The position numbers and the translations under genes were made by a program. Positions 1-11,739 of a stretch of 64,000 nt of DNA are shown here, one piece after another. The notes beneath the pieces are model-generated. The model had not been told where the DNA came from, did no database searches, and saw nothing but the letters and a program-made list of their open reading frames with translations. This stretch comes from an uncultured Actinomycetes bacterium (lineage in GTDB: Bacteria; Actinomycetota; Thermoleophilia; Solirubrobacterales; 70-9). Within the stretch, counting starts at the first letter, position 1. Each line of letters begins with the position of its first letter. Where the stretch lies: positions 94,714 to 158,713 of the forward strand of contig CAVRVU010000002.1 in the NCBI GenBank assembly GCA_963724745.1, given 5' to 3'.

Positions 1-947
1 GGGTCGCCTTCGTGCCGCCGGCCCGCTTCAACTCCGGCGGCACCGCGGCGCTGATCACCGTGATCCCGACCACCTCGCCGCAGGACGAGGCGACCCAGGA
101 ACTGGTCAACCGACCTGCGACGACACCGTGCTCCCGGCCGCTGGCCGGCTCCGGCGTCAACGCCCAGGTCGGCGGCGTGACCGCCGCGCTCGAGGACCAG
201 AGCACCTACATGGCCGACCGCATGCCGCTGTTCATCGCCGGCGTCGTCGGCCTCTCGTTCCTGCTGCTCCTGGTCGCCTTCCACTCGCCGCTGATCTCGC
301 TCAAGGCAGGGGTGATGAACCTGCTCTCGGTCAGCGCCGCCTACGGCGTGATGACCCTGGTCGCGCAGGGCGGCGCGGTCGGCGAGCTGATCGGCATCGA
401 CCACGAAGTCCCGATCGCGCCCTTCATGCCGGTGATGATGTTCGCGATCCTCTTCGGGCTCTCGATGGACTACGAGGTCTTCCTGATCTCGCGGATCCGC
501 GAGGAGTACCTGAAGGACGGCGACACCCGCCGAGCGGTCGCCGACGGCCTCGCCAAGACCGCCCGGGTGATCACCGCGGCGGCGGCGATCATGGTCGTCG
601 TCTTCCTCGCCTTCGTCGCCTCGCCCGAAGTCTTCCTCAAGCTCTTCGGGATCGGGCTGGCGTCGGCGATCTTCCTCGACGCGACCGTGGTGCGGATGGT
701 CCTGGTGCCGGCGGTGATGCAGCTGCTCGGCCACCGCAACTGGTGGATCCCCGACTGGCTGGAGCGCTCCTGCCCCGCCTCGACGTCGAGCGCGAGGCGC
801 CGGTGGCGGCGACTGAGAGCGGGTCCTAGCCGGGAGGGCTTTGGCGAAACTCCGGGCCTTCGCTCTCCTGTTCCTTTTCGTTGCCAGAAGAAGAAAAGGA
901 ACAGAAATCTGGGGGGTCGGGCATTCGGCTGTTCCTTTCGGTTGTAG
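1..947 (+). CDS. MMPL-family (RND-type) membrane transporter, C-terminal part. The 5' end lies outside the window. A 1-nt indel near 765-770 is probable, in which case the true stop is at 829.
   Basis: The ORF is open to the left edge. It carries an MMPL-type TM bundle (SMDYEVFLISRIREEY, LGHRNWWIPDWLE). The family-typical tail LLPRLDVEREAP... appears only in the +1 frame (ORF 128..829). Confidence 0.8.
   Translation, partial: VAFVPPARFNSGGTAALITVIPTTSPQDEATQELVNRPATTPCSRPLAGSGVNAQVGGVTAALEDQSTYMADRMPLFIAGVVGLSFLLLLVAFHSPLISLKAGVMNLLSVSAAYGVMTLVAQGGAVGELIGIDHEVPIAPFMPVMMFAILFGLSMDYEVFLISRIREEYLKDGDTRRAVADGLAKTARVITAAAAIMVVVFLAFVASPEVFLKLFGIGLASAIFLDATVVRMVLVPAVMQLLGHRNWWIPDWLERSCPASTSSARRRWRRLRAGPSREGFGETPGLRSPVPFRCQKKKRNRNLGGRAFGCSFRL
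869..904. repeat. Hairpin CTGTTCCTTTT-N14-AAAAGGAACAG, member 1 of a GGAACAG inverted-repeat family
   Basis: Perfect 11-bp inverted repeat read directly. It lies in the convergent intergenic region between the MMPL gene and the HxlR gene. Confidence 0.7.
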
Positions 948-965
948 GGGACCAAAAAGGAACAG
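929..965. repeat. Hairpin CTGTTCCTTT-N17-AAAGGAACAG, member 2 of the family
   Basis: Perfect 10-bp inverted repeat. The loop GGTTGTAGGGGACCAA resembles the loop of the copy at 49531..49569. Confidence 0.7.
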
Positions 966-1040
966 GGAACTGTGCCGGCGGGGTTACGCCAGACCCTCCT
1001 ACTAGAAGCGCGGCCCGCGGAGGCGGGCGGCAACAGCCCG

Positions 1041-1754
1041 CTAGACGGGCTGTTGCCGGGTGGCGAGCTCGGCGGCCGGGTCCGGGTAGGCGAAGGTGCT
1101 GAGGCCGATCCAATCGGGGACGCTTCGCACCAGATGCTCGGGCCCGGTCACCCGCACCCGTTTGGAGCGCATCGCCGCGCCGAGCTCCCGGTGTCCGACC
1201 CAGACCTCGGCCAGCGCCTGCGTCTCGGCATCGACCTGGAGGTCGACCCCGAAGCCGGGGTCGGAGAAGCAGAGGTCGGCGTTGGCCTCCTCTGCAACCA
1301 GCCACCAGGCGCGCTTGCCCTCTTCGGCGTCGCGGAAGCGGAAGAAGACGACCAGTTGCTCCTGCGGCAGGCGGTCGAGACGGACGCTGCGGCGCAGGTC
1401 CCACATCAAAAGCGCCGGGTCGGCCTCCTCGGCGCTGATCTCGCGCTTCAGGTGGTCGCGGCTCCAGGTCCCAAGCAAGACGACCAGCGGCCCCAGCGCT
1501 TCGCCGGCCGGGGTGAGGCGATAGGCGTAACCGCGTTCGCCCTGCAGCGGCTCGCGGGTCAGCAGCTCGGCGCGCTCCAGCTCGCGCAGCCGTTTGCTCA
1601 GCAGCGAGGAGGACATCCGCGGCACCCCGCGCTGGATCTCGTTGAAGCGGCTGCTGCCCATCAGCAGCTCTCGCAGCACCAGCAAGGTCCAGCGCTCGGT
1701 TAGGACCTCAGCCGCCTGGGCGACCGGGCAGAACTGTCCGTAGCTGTCGGGCAT
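1041..1754 (-). CDS. HxlR-family winged-helix transcriptional regulator with a C-terminal SCP2-like extension
   Basis: N-terminus YGQFCPVAQAAEVLTERWTLLVLRELLMGSSRFNEIQRGVPRMSSSLLSKRLRELE is the HxlR signature. High GC3 in this frame. Confidence 0.85.
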   Translation of the reverse strand: MPDSYGQFCPVAQAAEVLTERWTLLVLRELLMGSSRFNEIQRGVPRMSSSLLSKRLRELERAELLTREPLQGERGYAYRLTPAGEALGPLVVLLGTWSRDHLKREISAEEADPALLMWDLRRSVRLDRLPQEQLVVFFRFRDAEEGKRAWWLVAEEANADLCFSDPGFGVDLQVDAETQALAEVWVGHRELGAAMRSKRVRVTGPEHLVRSVPDWIGLSTFAYPDPAAELATRQQPV

Positions 1755-1860
1755 CTGGCTCTACAGCGAGTCTACGCGCCCAACTGCAGATCTTGAAGTT
1801 GATAGGCGATTCGCCCGGGCGTAGAAAGGGATCGTCAACCAATTCAAAGGAGATGCAGCA

Positions 1861-2699
1861 GTGACCCCCAGCAGCGAGACCCAGAGCCCAAGCCCTGAGC
1901 TGAGACAGAAACACCGAGCGATGTGGGCATCCGGTGACTACCCGTCGATGGTCGAGACCTTCCTCCTGCCGCTCGGTCCGCGCCTGGTCGAGGCGACCGG
2001 CATCGGCCCCGGCGACCGCGTCCTCGACGTCGCCGCCGGCACCGGCAACGCGGCGATCGTCGCGGCCAAGGCCGGCGCCGAGGTCGTCGCCAGCGACCTC
2101 ACCCCCGAGCTCTTCGACGCCGGCCGCGCCCGTGCCGAGGCCGAGGGGGTCGCGCTGGAGTGGATCGAGGCCGACGCCCACGACCTCCCTTTCGAGGACG
2201 ACAGCTTCGACGTGGTCATCTCCTCGATCGGGGTGATGTTCGCGCCCTTCCACGAGAAGGCCGCAGGCGAGCTGGTCCGGGTCTGCAAGCCCGGCGGCAG
2301 GATCGGCCTGTTGAGCTGGACCCCCGAGGGGATGATCGGCGCCCTGTTCCGCGCGATGGGCCAGTTCATGCCTCCCCTCCCAAGGGCGCGCAGCCACCGC
2401 CGCTGTGGGGCGGCGAGGATCACCTCCGCGGTCTGCTCGGCGAGCGGGTCGAGCTGGAGACGGTCGAGAAAGGCGTCCTCGAGGTGAGCGCCTTCGAGCG
2501 GCCCGACGACTACGGCGAGCATTTCAAGCAGCGCTACGGTCCGACGATCGCCGCCCGCGCCAACGCCGAGAAAGAGGGCCGCGCCGAGGAGTTCGACCGG
2601 ACGCTGAGCGAGTTCTGCGCCGAGTGGAACCAGGGCAGCGATGAGCAGGCGCACTTCGGCATGGAGTATCTGCTGACGGTGGGACGCAAGCAGTCCTAA
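1861..2699 (+). pseudogene. Class I SAM-dependent methyltransferase, frameshifted as assembled (about 2371-2382)
   Basis: VLDVAAGTGNAAIVAAKAG motif I. ORF 1861.. reads to ...QFMPP, and the family sequence continues in ORF 2160..2699 (PPKGAQPPPLWGGEDHLRGLL...). The junction lies in the C-rich run cctcccctccc. SD AAGGAG sits 9 nt upstream of the GTG start. Confidence 0.8.
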
Positions 2700-2767
2700 G
2701 GACGGATGTTCGTGCCGCTGGTTCCCGGCCGCACCGATGTCCAGGCCGGGAACTAGACTCGCGCGCC

Positions 2768-4387
2768 ATGCCGACCAAGAGCCGTTTCCTCAGCCGCCGT
2801 GTACCTCTGATCGTGGCCTTCGCCGCGCTAGCCCTCGCGCTTTCCGCGACGCAGGCGCTGGCCGCCCGCTACGCCTACACGGGCAACTACGTCGACAACA
2901 CGGTCTCGGTGATCGATACGGCCACCAACCAGGTGGTCGGCAACCCGATCCCGGTGGGCGAGTCGCCGTCGACGCTGGCGGTCACCCCGAACGGCAAAAC
3001 CCTCTACGTCGGCGACGAAAGCGACGACAACCTGAGGGCCATCGATACCCAGACCAATCAGGTCATCACCACGCTCCCGCTCACCTACGAAGGGGTCGAT
3101 TACGACGCCTCGGTGATCGCGATCTCCCCTGACGGCAAGACGGCCTACGTCAGCAGCTACGACCTCGAAGGCGTCTTCGTCATCGATACCCAGACCAACC
3201 AAATCGTCGGCTCTCCGATCCCCATCGGCGGCAACACGTGGGGCGTTGCCTTCTCCCCGGACGGGAGCGCGGCCTATGTCACCAATTACGACACGGACGC
3301 GGTCGACGTCATCGACACCGCCACCAGGCAGGTCGTCGGCGCGATCCCGGCCGGCGAAGACCCGGTCAATCTCGTCTTCTCGCCCAATGGCAAAACCGCT
3401 TATGTCGTCAACGAAGGAACCAACCTGATCCCCGGAACGGTCTCGGTCATCGACACCGCGACCAGGCAGGTGGTGGGGGACCCGATCACGGTTGGCTTCG
3501 ACGCCTGGGGGATCGCCCTGACGCCCAATGGGAGCAAGCTCTACGTCAGCAACACCGACGACAGCAACGTCTCGGTTATCGACACGGTCACTCGCCAGGT
3601 GGTCGGCGCGATCCCGGTCGGCGCAGCGCCTTACGAAATGGCCATGACGCCGGATGGCAGATTCGTCTACGTCGCCAATTACGAAGGCGAAGCAGAAGGC
3701 AAAGGCGTAACCGTCATCAATACCCAGACGGGTCAGACGAGCGACGTCGACGTCACCGGCGGGCCATGGCAGATCGCGATCGCCCCCGACCAGTCGCCGG
3801 TCGCCTCCTTCACCGCCGCGGCCGCCAAGAAGAACCCTCTGCAAATCGGAGTCAGCGGCGGCGCCGCCGACTCCGACGGCACGGTCGCCAGCTTCAACTG
3901 GAGCTTCGGCGACGGAACGACCGCCCCCAACGGCGGCCCGGCCCTCGTCCACATCTACGCCAAAGCCGGCAGCTACACCGTCGGCCTGACCGCGACCGAC
4001 AACGAGGGCTGCTCGGCGAGCATGGTGTTCACCGGCCGCACGGCGCTCTGCAGCGGAGCTGCCGCCGCGGCGCAGTCGATCACCGTCAAGGCCCCGAACA
4101 ACTTCAAGTTCGGCAAGCTGATCCGGAACACCAAAAAGGGAACCGCAAAGCTGAAGGTCAAGGTCCCCTACGCCGGCAAGCTCACCCTCACCGGCAAGAA
4201 GGTGAGGAAGGTCAAGCGCAGCGCCAAGAAGGCGGGCACGGTGACCCTCAACATCCGCCCGAAGCCGAAGGCCAAGCAGACCCTGAACGCCAAGGGCAGT
4301 CTCAAGACCAAGATCAAGGTCACGTTCAAGCCGACCGGCGGCAAGGGCAAGACCAAGGGTCGGAGCCTGAAGCTGATCAAGCACTAA
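2768..4387 (+). CDS. Secreted YVTN-type beta-propeller repeat protein with a PKD domain and a Lys-rich C-terminal tail
   Basis: Signal peptide VPLIVAFAALALALSATQALA. Repeated ~40-aa units (VSVIDTATNQVVG.IPVG..P..LA.TPNGKTLYV). PKD-like FNWSFGDGTTA...YTVGLTATDNEG. Confidence 0.85.
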   Translation: MPTKSRFLSRRVPLIVAFAALALALSATQALAARYAYTGNYVDNTVSVIDTATNQVVGNPIPVGESPSTLAVTPNGKTLYVGDESDDNLRAIDTQTNQVITTLPLTYEGVDYDASVIAISPDGKTAYVSSYDLEGVFVIDTQTNQIVGSPIPIGGNTWGVAFSPDGSAAYVTNYDTDAVDVIDTATRQVVGAIPAGEDPVNLVFSPNGKTAYVVNEGTNLIPGTVSVIDTATRQVVGDPITVGFDAWGIALTPNGSKLYVSNTDDSNVSVIDTVTRQVVGAIPVGAAPYEMAMTPDGRFVYVANYEGEAEGKGVTVINTQTGQTSDVDVTGGPWQIAIAPDQSPVASFTAAAAKKNPLQIGVSGGAADSDGTVASFNWSFGDGTTAPNGGPALVHIYAKAGSYTVGLTATDNEGCSASMVFTGRTALCSGAAAAAQSITVKAPNNFKFGKLIRNTKKGTAKLKVKVPYAGKLTLTGKKVRKVKRSAKKAGTVTLNIRPKPKAKQTLNAKGSLKTKIKVTFKPTGGKGKTKGRSLKLIKH

Positions 4388-4397
4388 TCGGGATAGA

Positions 4398-4431
4398 CGA
4401 TTAATCGTTTAGACATTAAGACGATTAATCG
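4398..4431. promoter_or_regulatory. Two copies of the palindrome CGATTAATCG (24-bp spacing) in the AT-rich leader of the Fic gene. Candidate operator, with a TAAAAT -10-like box at 4434-4439.
   Basis: AGACGATTAATCG is read at 4395-4407 and 4419-4431, with a half-site CTAATCG at 4384-4390. The GTG start at 4446 lies about 7 nt after TAAAAT, so the transcript may be leaderless. Confidence 0.5.
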
Positions 4432-4445
4432 GCTAAAATGATGGG

Positions 4446-5511
4446 GTGATCTTCCAGGCTCCTGAGATCAGTAGGCCGCTTCGGGAGAAGCTCGACGCGC
4501 TCGGCGACCTGCGGAAACAACTTGGCGCTGCGGTTTCCACCCGTTCGCGGTGGATCGGCTCGCTGCGTCGTCAGGTGCGAGCTTCGTCGATCGAGGGCTC
4601 CACCTCGATCGAGGGGTTCAGCGTCTCCCCCGACGAAGCCTTGGCTCTGACCAGTGGCCGCCGGGTCCCGGATCAGGGCGACGCCGACCAGCAGGCGGTC
4701 GCTTCCTACGCGCGGGCGATGGACCACGTCGGGACGATGGCGATCGATCCTTCGTTCAGGTGGCTGGACCGCGTAATCCTCGACCTCCACTTCGAGGCCT
4801 GCTACTTCCAGCGCGACATCGACCCGGGTCTGTGGCGAACTGGGCCGATCGGCGTCACCGGGCCCGATGGATCGCTTGAGTACCTGGGCCCTGACGCCGA
4901 CCAAGTCGTTCCCTTGATGACCGAGGTCGTGGGCTGGCTAGCCGAAGATCAACCGGGGGTGGACGTGGTTGTGAAGGCGGCGATGGCACACCTGAACGTC
5001 ACCTCAGTTCATCCCTTCCGGGATGGCAATGGGCGCATCTCGCGAATCGTCCAGTCGCTGGTACTTGCCCGCGGCGGCCTCGGCTCTCCCGAGTTCTTCT
5101 CGATCGAGGAGTACCTCGGCGAGCACACCGGCGAGTACTACGCCGTGCTCCGTGAGGCACAGGGCGGCAGCTACCAGCCGGGGCGCGACGCGACCGGCTG
5201 GGTCTCCTTCTGCCTCGAGGCGCACATCGCCCAGGCCCGGCAGCGGCTGGATCAGATCGAGCAGGCAGCGGCGCGCTGGCAGCGTCTGGAAGATCTCGCT
5301 GGTCGGCGAGGCTGGCCGGACCGGATCGTGATCGCCCTCGAGCAGAGCCTGCTGGGCGGGACCGACCGCGGCAAGTACGCCGAGGAGGCCGACGTCTCCC
5401 CTGCCACCGCCAGCGCCGACTTCCGCCGCCTGCTCGACGCTGGCCTCGTCGATCAGCTCGGGCGCGCCAGAGCTTCCAGCTACACCGCCAGCGAGGCCCT
5501 GCGCTCGGCGA

Positions 5512-5540
<29 letters not shown>
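4446..5540 (+). CDS. Fic/DOC family protein (AMPylase-type)
   Basis: Fic motif [13 protein letters not shown]-terminal [10 protein letters not shown] helix typical of Fic_N. C-terminal winged-helix-like tail. Confidence 0.85.
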
Positions 5541-7765
<2,225 letters not shown>

Positions 7766-7769
<4 letters not shown>

Positions 7770-8647
7770 CGCGCCACCACCGTGAATTCAGCGGTCCGCA
7801 CGACGCCCTCGTGCTTGAACTGCAGGTAAAGGCGGTAGCGACCGGCGCTCGGGAAGGTGGCCGCGAACTCGATCTCCTCGGCTGCCACCTCGTGGCTCGC
7901 CTCGGGGTGGACGTGGAGGAAGGCGAGGTCGCCTTCGCGTAGGGCGACCAGGTGCCCCTTGGCGCCCAGGTAGGGAGCGAGGTCCTCGACCGGCTTGCCG
8001 TCCCTGCTGACGGTGAAGGAGAGCGATGCGGGCTCGCCGGCTGCAGCATCGCCTGCGTCCAGGCGGACCTCGTAGCCGGCGACCTCGTCGACCGGCCGCG
8101 GCGCCGGGAACGGCCGCGCCTCGAAGTCCCCGCCGGAGACGAACAGGTCGCTGGCCAGCGTCTGTTGCTCGCCATCGACCGAGAAGTCGGCGAAGGCTCG
8201 GTAGACGCCCGCAGCGCCGAACTCGATCGGCACGGTCCAGGTCCCGGACGCGTCCATCTCCGGATGCAGGTGGCGGAATTGGGTGCCGTCGCGGCGGACC
8301 ACGATCAGGTGCATCCGCTTCTCGTGCAGCTCGTCGAACTCGGTGACGGGCGCGCCGCCGGCGTCCTCGACCGTGAAGCGCAGCTCGCGCGCCTCTCCGC
8401 GCTGAAACTGGGTCGGGCTCAACTGCAACGTGTATCCCTCGGCGGAGATCCCGAGCCCGGCCGGCTCGTGCTCCGCGGACCCGCGCGCCGTCGCCTCCAT
8501 CGCGTGTGCGTCCATTGTCTCCTCCAATCCATCGCCCTCCGTCTTGGCCGGCTCGAAGGCCGAACCGATCGCCGCCGCCGCGGCAAAAACGACCACGAGG
8601 CCAAGGACGAAAAGAGCAAACTTTTGATACGGGCGGGGGGTATTCAT
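7766..8647 (-). CDS. Secreted or membrane-anchored protein of the copper operon (two Ig/YtkA-like halves, His/Met-rich)
   Basis: N-terminal TM FALFVLGLVVVFAAAAAIG. Internal duplication (...FRHLHPEMD... / ...FLHVHPEASHE...). ATGA overlap with the copA start indicates an operon. Confidence 0.7.
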
Positions 8648-8664
8648 ACAAGCGACGGTAGCAC

Positions 8665-8681
8665 ATACCCAGAGGGGGTAT
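8665..8681. promoter_or_regulatory. CsoR-type operator ATACCC-N5-GGGTAT in the 44-bp divergent csoR / copper-operon intergenic region
   Basis: The inverted repeat was read directly. It matches the TACCC...GGGTA style of actinobacterial CsoR boxes. It sits 11 nt upstream of the csoR ATG. Confidence 0.6.
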
Positions 8682-8691
8682 ACTTCCAGGC

Positions 8692-8988
8692 ATGAACGAT
8701 ACCCAGCAGGACCCCGGATACATCGACAGCAAAGAGAAAGTCAAGAACCGGCTGCGGCGGATCAGCGGCCAGATCGGCGGCATCGAACGGATGGTCGAGG
8801 AGGAGCGTTACTGCATCGACATCCTCACCCAGATCTCCGCCGCCCAGGCCGCGATCGACAAGGTAGCCCTCGCCCTGCTCGACGAACACACCCGCCACTG
8901 CGTCGTCGGCGCCGAGACCCCCGAGGCGCGCGAGGAGAAGACCGAGGAGATGATGGAGGCGGTCGGCCGCCTACTGAAGAGCCGCTGA
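8692..8988 (+). CDS. csoR: CsoR/RcnR-family metal-sensing transcriptional repressor
   Basis: NRLRRISGQIGGIERMVEEERYCIDILTQISAAQAAIDKVALALLDEHTRHC carries the family C-H-C ligand pattern. About 98 aa. Confidence 0.9.
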   Translation: MNDTQQDPGYIDSKEKVKNRLRRISGQIGGIERMVEEERYCIDILTQISAAQAAIDKVALALLDEHTRHCVVGAETPEAREEKTEEMMEAVGRLLKSR

Positions 8989-9160
8989 ATTGCATAATTG
9001 GGCTAATCCAGCCTCTTTTTAGCTCTTTTGTGCGATTATTAGCTCCATCAAGAGCTTCATTGACATCGATCGGACTTTCGCGGCGCAACCCCGGGAACTG
9101 GGTCCCGTCCTTGCCAGGATCGATACCGCGAAGGGTCGCCAGGGCCTCAACGAAGACCAG

Positions 9161-10093
9161 TTGCCAGAGCTCTTGGCCCAGCTGTCCGAGGACGCTCGCA
9201 TTGCTTCGATCACGGCCTCCAACGCGATCGAGGGCGTGATCGTAGAGGGCAATCGGGCCGAGCAGATAGTCGAGGGCTCGCGCCGCTTTCGCAACCGCAA
9301 CGAGCGAGAGTTCGCCGGCTACCGGGATGCCATCGGCGAGCTGATGCAGCAAGAGACCCCTGAGCACCTCGACGTGCCGTTAGTCCTGCATCTCCATCGC
9401 CTCCTCTTTGCTCACTCGGGCGGACGAGGCGGACACTTGAAGTCCGACCAGAACCTGATCGTCTCCTACGAGAGCGGCAGCCGGGAAATTGTCTTCGAGC
9501 CCACCCCTCCCGGAGAGACGGAATTTCAGCTCACGGAGCTACTGGCCCGCTACGAAGCAGCAAAACGAGACCAGATTGCCCACCCGCTGATCCTGATCGG
9601 CGCCTTCCTTGTCGACTTTCTCGCGATCCACCCGGTGGCGGATGGAAACGGCCGGCTCGCCCGATTGCTCACTACCAATGAGCTGCTCGGCCAGGGATAC
9701 CGGGTCGCGCGCTACGTCAGCGTCGAGCAGCGCATCTATCAATCGAAAAACAGCTACTACCAGGCTCTGTACGAATCTCAGCGCGGCTGGCATCAGGCAG
9801 AGCACACCATCTGGCCCTGGGTCACTTATTTCAGCGCGATCCTCCTTTCCGCCTATGAGGACTTCGAGAAACGGGTGGCGGCCGCTCGCTCGCAAACCGG
9901 CAACAAACGCGAACGCGTTCGGGAGCACATCCTCGAGCACGCTCCCGGCGAGTTCCGGCGCCGCGACATCGAGCGTGCTCTCCCAGGGATAAGCGAGGCC
10001 ACGGTGAGGCTTGTCCTCGCCGAGCTGAGGGAGGAAGGCCAGATCGAGGCCGAAGGCGCGGGCCGGGGCGCCAGATGGCGCAAGCTGTCATGA
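9161..10093 (+). CDS. Fic/DOC family protein. The N-terminal boundary is uncertain: the frame is open from 9023 and reads protein-like there.
   Basis: Fic motif HPVADGNGRLARLL. SNAIEGV N-terminal helix. C-terminal wHTH. No ATG, GTG or TTG in frame between 9023 and the TTG at 9161. Confidence 0.8.
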   Translation: MPELLAQLSEDARIASITASNAIEGVIVEGNRAEQIVEGSRRFRNRNEREFAGYRDAIGELMQQETPEHLDVPLVLHLHRLLFAHSGGRGGHLKSDQNLIVSYESGSREIVFEPTPPGETEFQLTELLARYEAAKRDQIAHPLILIGAFLVDFLAIHPVADGNGRLARLLTTNELLGQGYRVARYVSVEQRIYQSKNSYYQALYESQRGWHQAEHTIWPWVTYFSAILLSAYEDFEKRVAAARSQTGNKRERVREHILEHAPGEFRRRDIERALPGISEATVRLVLAELREEGQIEAEGAGRGARWRKLS

Positions 10094-10866
10094 GCGATAC
10101 CTCTGGCAGCCGCTTCGCCGCGGCGGCGCAGCGCTTCAACCGCAGCCCGAGCCTGGTCGAGTGGGTGCGGCGGACGCGGGAGCGCACCCTCGGCGACGAC
10201 GAGCGGATCGACCACCTCTCCACCGCCCGCGGCCGTCCCGCCGACCGCGCCGCCCGGCAGTTGGTCGCGCTGCGGGGCGCCGAGCCGGGGTTCGCCGGCG
10301 AGCTCGGCCTGACCGCGCTGCAGGCCTGGCAGCGGCTGGCCGAGTCCCAGGACCGCGGCCGCGGCAAGGTCGACGTGGCGATCCTCTTCACCGACCTGGT
10401 CGGCTTCTCCAGCTGGGCGCTGGAGGCCGGCGACCGCTCGGCGGTGCAGCTGCTGCGCGAGGTCTCAGAGGCGATCGAGCCGCCGGTGCTCGAGCGCCAG
10501 GGCGAGGTGGTGAAGCGGCTCGGCGACGGCTTGATGGCCGCCTTCTGGGACGCCCCGAGCGCGATCGAGACCGCCTTCGCCGCGAGCGAGCGGGTGGCGC
10601 CGATCGCGGTCGACGGCTACCGCCCCCAACTGCGCACCGGCATCCACCTCGGCCGCCCGCGCAAGCTCGGCGGCGACTACTTCGGCGTCGACGTCAACGT
10701 CGCCGCCCGCCTCGCCGACGCCGCCAGGCCCGGCGAGATCCTCGTCTCCGGGACGGCGCTGGACCAGCTCCCGCCCGGCGCCGCCGAGGCGAAGAAGCGC
10801 CGCTTCAGCGCCAAGGGCGCGCCGAAGGGGATGGCGGCCTACGCCGTCTCGCGGTCGATCGCGTAG
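10075..10866 (+). CDS. Class III adenylate/guanylate cyclase domain protein
   Basis: VAILFTDLVGFS...GDGLMAAFWD...RTGIHLG...GDYFGVDVNVAARLADAARPGEILVS. The alternative in-frame ATG at 10090 forms an ATGA overlap with the Fic stop (10091-10093). Confidence 0.85.
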   Translation: MAQAVMSDTSGSRFAAAAQRFNRSPSLVEWVRRTRERTLGDDERIDHLSTARGRPADRAARQLVALRGAEPGFAGELGLTALQAWQRLAESQDRGRGKVDVAILFTDLVGFSSWALEAGDRSAVQLLREVSEAIEPPVLERQGEVVKRLGDGLMAAFWDAPSAIETAFAASERVAPIAVDGYRPQLRTGIHLGRPRKLGGDYFGVDVNVAARLADAARPGEILVSGTALDQLPPGAAEAKKRRFSAKGAPKGMAAYAVSRSIA

Positions 10867-10914
10867 ACGACGACCGCGTCGCCGAGCAGCTCGGCGGCGC
10901 GCAGCAGCAACCGC

Positions 10915-11673
10915 TCAGTCTCGAGCGAGAACCTCGACGACATCGAGCACCTCCCGGTGGCTGTCGAGGATGAACTCGGCCTCCGGGCCGAAGTCGGCCT
11001 CGCCCTCGTCGTTCATCCCCCGGTAGCGGGCGGTCCGCATCCCGTGGGCGGCGGCGCCGGCGACGTCGGTGCGGCGCAGGTCGCCGACGTGGAGGGCCCT
11101 CGCCGGCTCGGCCTGCACAGAGCCCAGCGCCGCTTCGAAGATCTGCGGCGCCGGCTTGTAGTGCCCGACCTCGTCGGAGAAGGCCCAGCCTGAGAAGTAG
11201 CCGAGCAGGCCCTCGCCGTCGAGCAGCTCGCGCAGCAGCTCGCCACCGCTGAAGCCCACGTCGCAGACGATCCCGAGCCGGATCTCCCGCGCCCACAGCG
11301 CCTCCAGGCTGGGAGCGATGTCGGGCGCCAGCTCCAGCTCGACTTCCCGACCCGCCCCGAGGAACGCCTCGGCGACCATCTCCCGTGCCGCGTCCTCCAC
11401 CCCGAGCGCCCGAACCAACGACTCGGCAGCCTCGCGCGGGTGCAGATGATGGCCGGCGGCCCAGGAGCGCTCCCAGCTCAGGCCGACCTCCTCCAGGCTC
11501 GCGGTCAGGAGCTCCGCCTCGACCCGCACGTCGTGACTCTGGCAAGCGGCGGCGACCGCCCGCTCCCGCGCCTCGGTCATCGCCCCGGTCGGGACTCGGG
11601 CGATCGTGTTCCAGAAGTCGAAGGTAACGGCCTCGATCACCGGCCTGATTCTGCACCAGAGCCGGAAGCACAC
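10915..11673 (-). CDS. HAD-superfamily hydrolase
   Basis: Motif I VTFDFWNTI. Motif IV LHVGDLRRTDVAGAAAHG. The start may instead be the GTG at 11640. Confidence 0.75.
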   Translation of the reverse strand: MCFRLWCRIRPVIEAVTFDFWNTIARVPTGAMTEARERAVAAACQSHDVRVEAELLTASLEEVGLSWERSWAAGHHLHPREAAESLVRALGVEDAAREMVAEAFLGAGREVELELAPDIAPSLEALWAREIRLGIVCDVGFSGGELLRELLDGEGLLGYFSGWAFSDEVGHYKPAPQIFEAALGSVQAEPARALHVGDLRRTDVAGAAAHGMRTARYRGMNDEGEADFGPEAEFILDSHREVLDVVEVLARD

Positions 11674-11739
11674 GCTTCTCTGCGCTTAAAGAACTCAGAA
11701 GTGTTTGCTCCATAGGCGTCGTGGGGTGAGACTCGGTGG

